Source of the DNA: Isurus oxyrinchus | Lineage: Eukaryota | Reading direction: 5' to 3' | DNA: 64,000 nucleotides | NCBI GenBank assembly: GCA_026770705.1 | Contig: JANJGN010000336.1 | Span: 310,001-374,000, forward strand | Part shown: positions 62,715 to 64,000 of the stretch, piece by piece | Numbering within the stretch: the first letter of the stretch is position 1 | Layout: each line of letters begins with the position of its first letter | Made by a program: the position numbers and the translations under genes | The notes under the pieces: generated by a model | Database searches by the model: none | The model's input: the letters and a program-made list of their open reading frames with translations, nothing else | Told to the model about the DNA's origin: nothing

Positions 62715-62990
62715 CTAGGGCATTACTCTAATTAACAACTGCAGTGATGTTCTGGATAACTGAGATGATTGATCTCCAACAACCACAACCATCTTCATCT
62801 GTGTTACACATGACACCGACCAACAGAGAGTTTCCCCGCAGATTCCCATTGACTCCAGTTTTGCTCCTTGATGCCACAATCTGACAGATGCTGCCTTCAT
62901 ATCAAAGGCTGTTACTTTCACCTCAACTTTAGATTTTAGCTCATTTGTCCATGTTTAGACCAAGGCTGTAATGGGATCAGGAGCTGAGTG
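62715..62990 (-). mobile_element. CR1/L2-clade RT fragment
   Basis: TAFDMKAASVRLWHQGAKLESMGICGETLCW...KMVVVVGDQSSQ corresponds to RT ALDIKAAFDRVWHQG. Confidence 0.7.
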
Positions 62991-63900
62991 ACCCTGGCAC
63001 GACTCCCCTGAAGATATTAGTGGACATCAGCCTTCCCCAATAAGCTTCTTTGATTTTGGTCACCCACAAACTAGGGACCCCCATGTATTGGCAGATATGT
63101 TCGAACATTTCTGGGATGCTTTGAGCACATCCCTCCAGCACTCTATTTGCCTCCTGCTGAGACAGAGTTCCAAGTGGATTAATGACTTTGGGAGTTTTGT
63201 GTTCAGCATACGAACCATATGTTCCACTCAGCAGAGTCTCTATTGAGTGATGAGGGTCTCTCTGTTGGGCACGTTGGTTTGAGAGAGGACACTGCTGTTT
63301 GACTGCCTTTCCTCACCTTGGGTTTGTAGAACCTTCTAATGGCACTGCTGGTATTAATTCTTCAGAACTTAGAGGTGCCTACTCGACGTTGTCCAAGGCT
63401 CAGAAGCATTTAGGTGCTTGGAGATCACTGCTGCCCAGTATACCATGGCCAGAGACTTGGGTTTGGAATTCTAATCCTCAAATACCATGATCATCTGTCG
63501 GCCGAAGGCTGGCCTGCCGCATTAGACTCGATGATGAGTTTTGTTGCCTATTTCTGCCTTCCTAGAGAGGAGTCTCTGAAGGTATTGAAGAAGATCCACA
63601 TTTTCAGGATCTTGCCAATGGGGGCGGTTTTGTGGTCTGGGGGCTGTTTGGAAGTGAGTCTTATCTTTCTGGGTGTTTAATGGAAAGCCATTTTTTTCAT
63701 ATCCTTCAAAGAAGTTGTCAGCAATAAACTGGAGCTCAGTTTTCAGTCAGGGTGCACACAAGAACCAGAAGGTTACTGAAGCTCAGTGAATGATGCTGGG
63801 AGATTTTGGTTTTGGATTGAAGGTGGTGTAGGATCAACAGTTTCCCATCGGTTTGCTACATTATCTCCAACCTGTGGGTAATCTGGAGGTGAGGTGAACT
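62990..63900 (-). mobile_element. Degenerate RTE-clade LINE remnant
   Basis: Minus-strand translation ..SNSSVLSQTNVPNRETLITQ*RL..HMVRM..TKLPKSLIHLEL resembles RTE NxSVL..PSIEA..QLRWAGHVVRM..RLPK. Confidence 0.55.
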
Positions 63901-64000
63901 ATTACATAGAGAAAACAATGAGGAGAGGGTTGGTGCGGTTACACAAGCCTGTCTGACCCCAGTTTTCACTGAGGTAGGGTCCGTGCTGGTTCCGCTGGTG

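Noticed and set aside
36300-64000. Additional upstream V segments or other host genes
   Set aside because: No Ig-like ORF, leader or RSS was seen. The short ORFs there (e.g. 50761-50982, 48592-49059) have no recognisable domain or fall within repeats.

Overview
Eukaryotic, repeat-rich genomic DNA from a cartilaginous fish (shark-like), with three N-gaps. The main feature is one germline immunoglobulin heavy-chain minilocus on the minus strand (~12.2-36.2 kb). Its order is TATA, leader, V(23-RSS), (12)D1(22), (12)D2(12), (23)J, Cmu1-Cmu4 with secretory tail, TM1, TM2. It appears inactivated by a 1-nt deletion in V and a nonsense codon in Cmu3. The leader and V look IgW(omega)-type, while D, J, C and TM are IgM(mu)-type, so the cluster may be a germline chimera. 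The J-C intron carries a 4-kb palindromic double Penelope-like retroelement, inserted as one unit with a 13-14 bp target-site duplication (TSD) and a hammerhead-ribozyme-like motif near each end. A 224-bp miniature of the same palindrome, with its own TSD, sits in a satellite at 55.7 kb. The first 9 kb is a duplicated tRNA (pseudo)gene cluster (Glu, Ser, Asn). The rest is CR1/L2/RTE/SINE debris, TG and GATA microsatellites and a ~9-kb 54-bp (2x27) satellite. I saw no second V in the 28 kb upstream. Family assignments come from my recall of shark Ig and TE sequences, not from database searches. Repeat boundaries are approximate.
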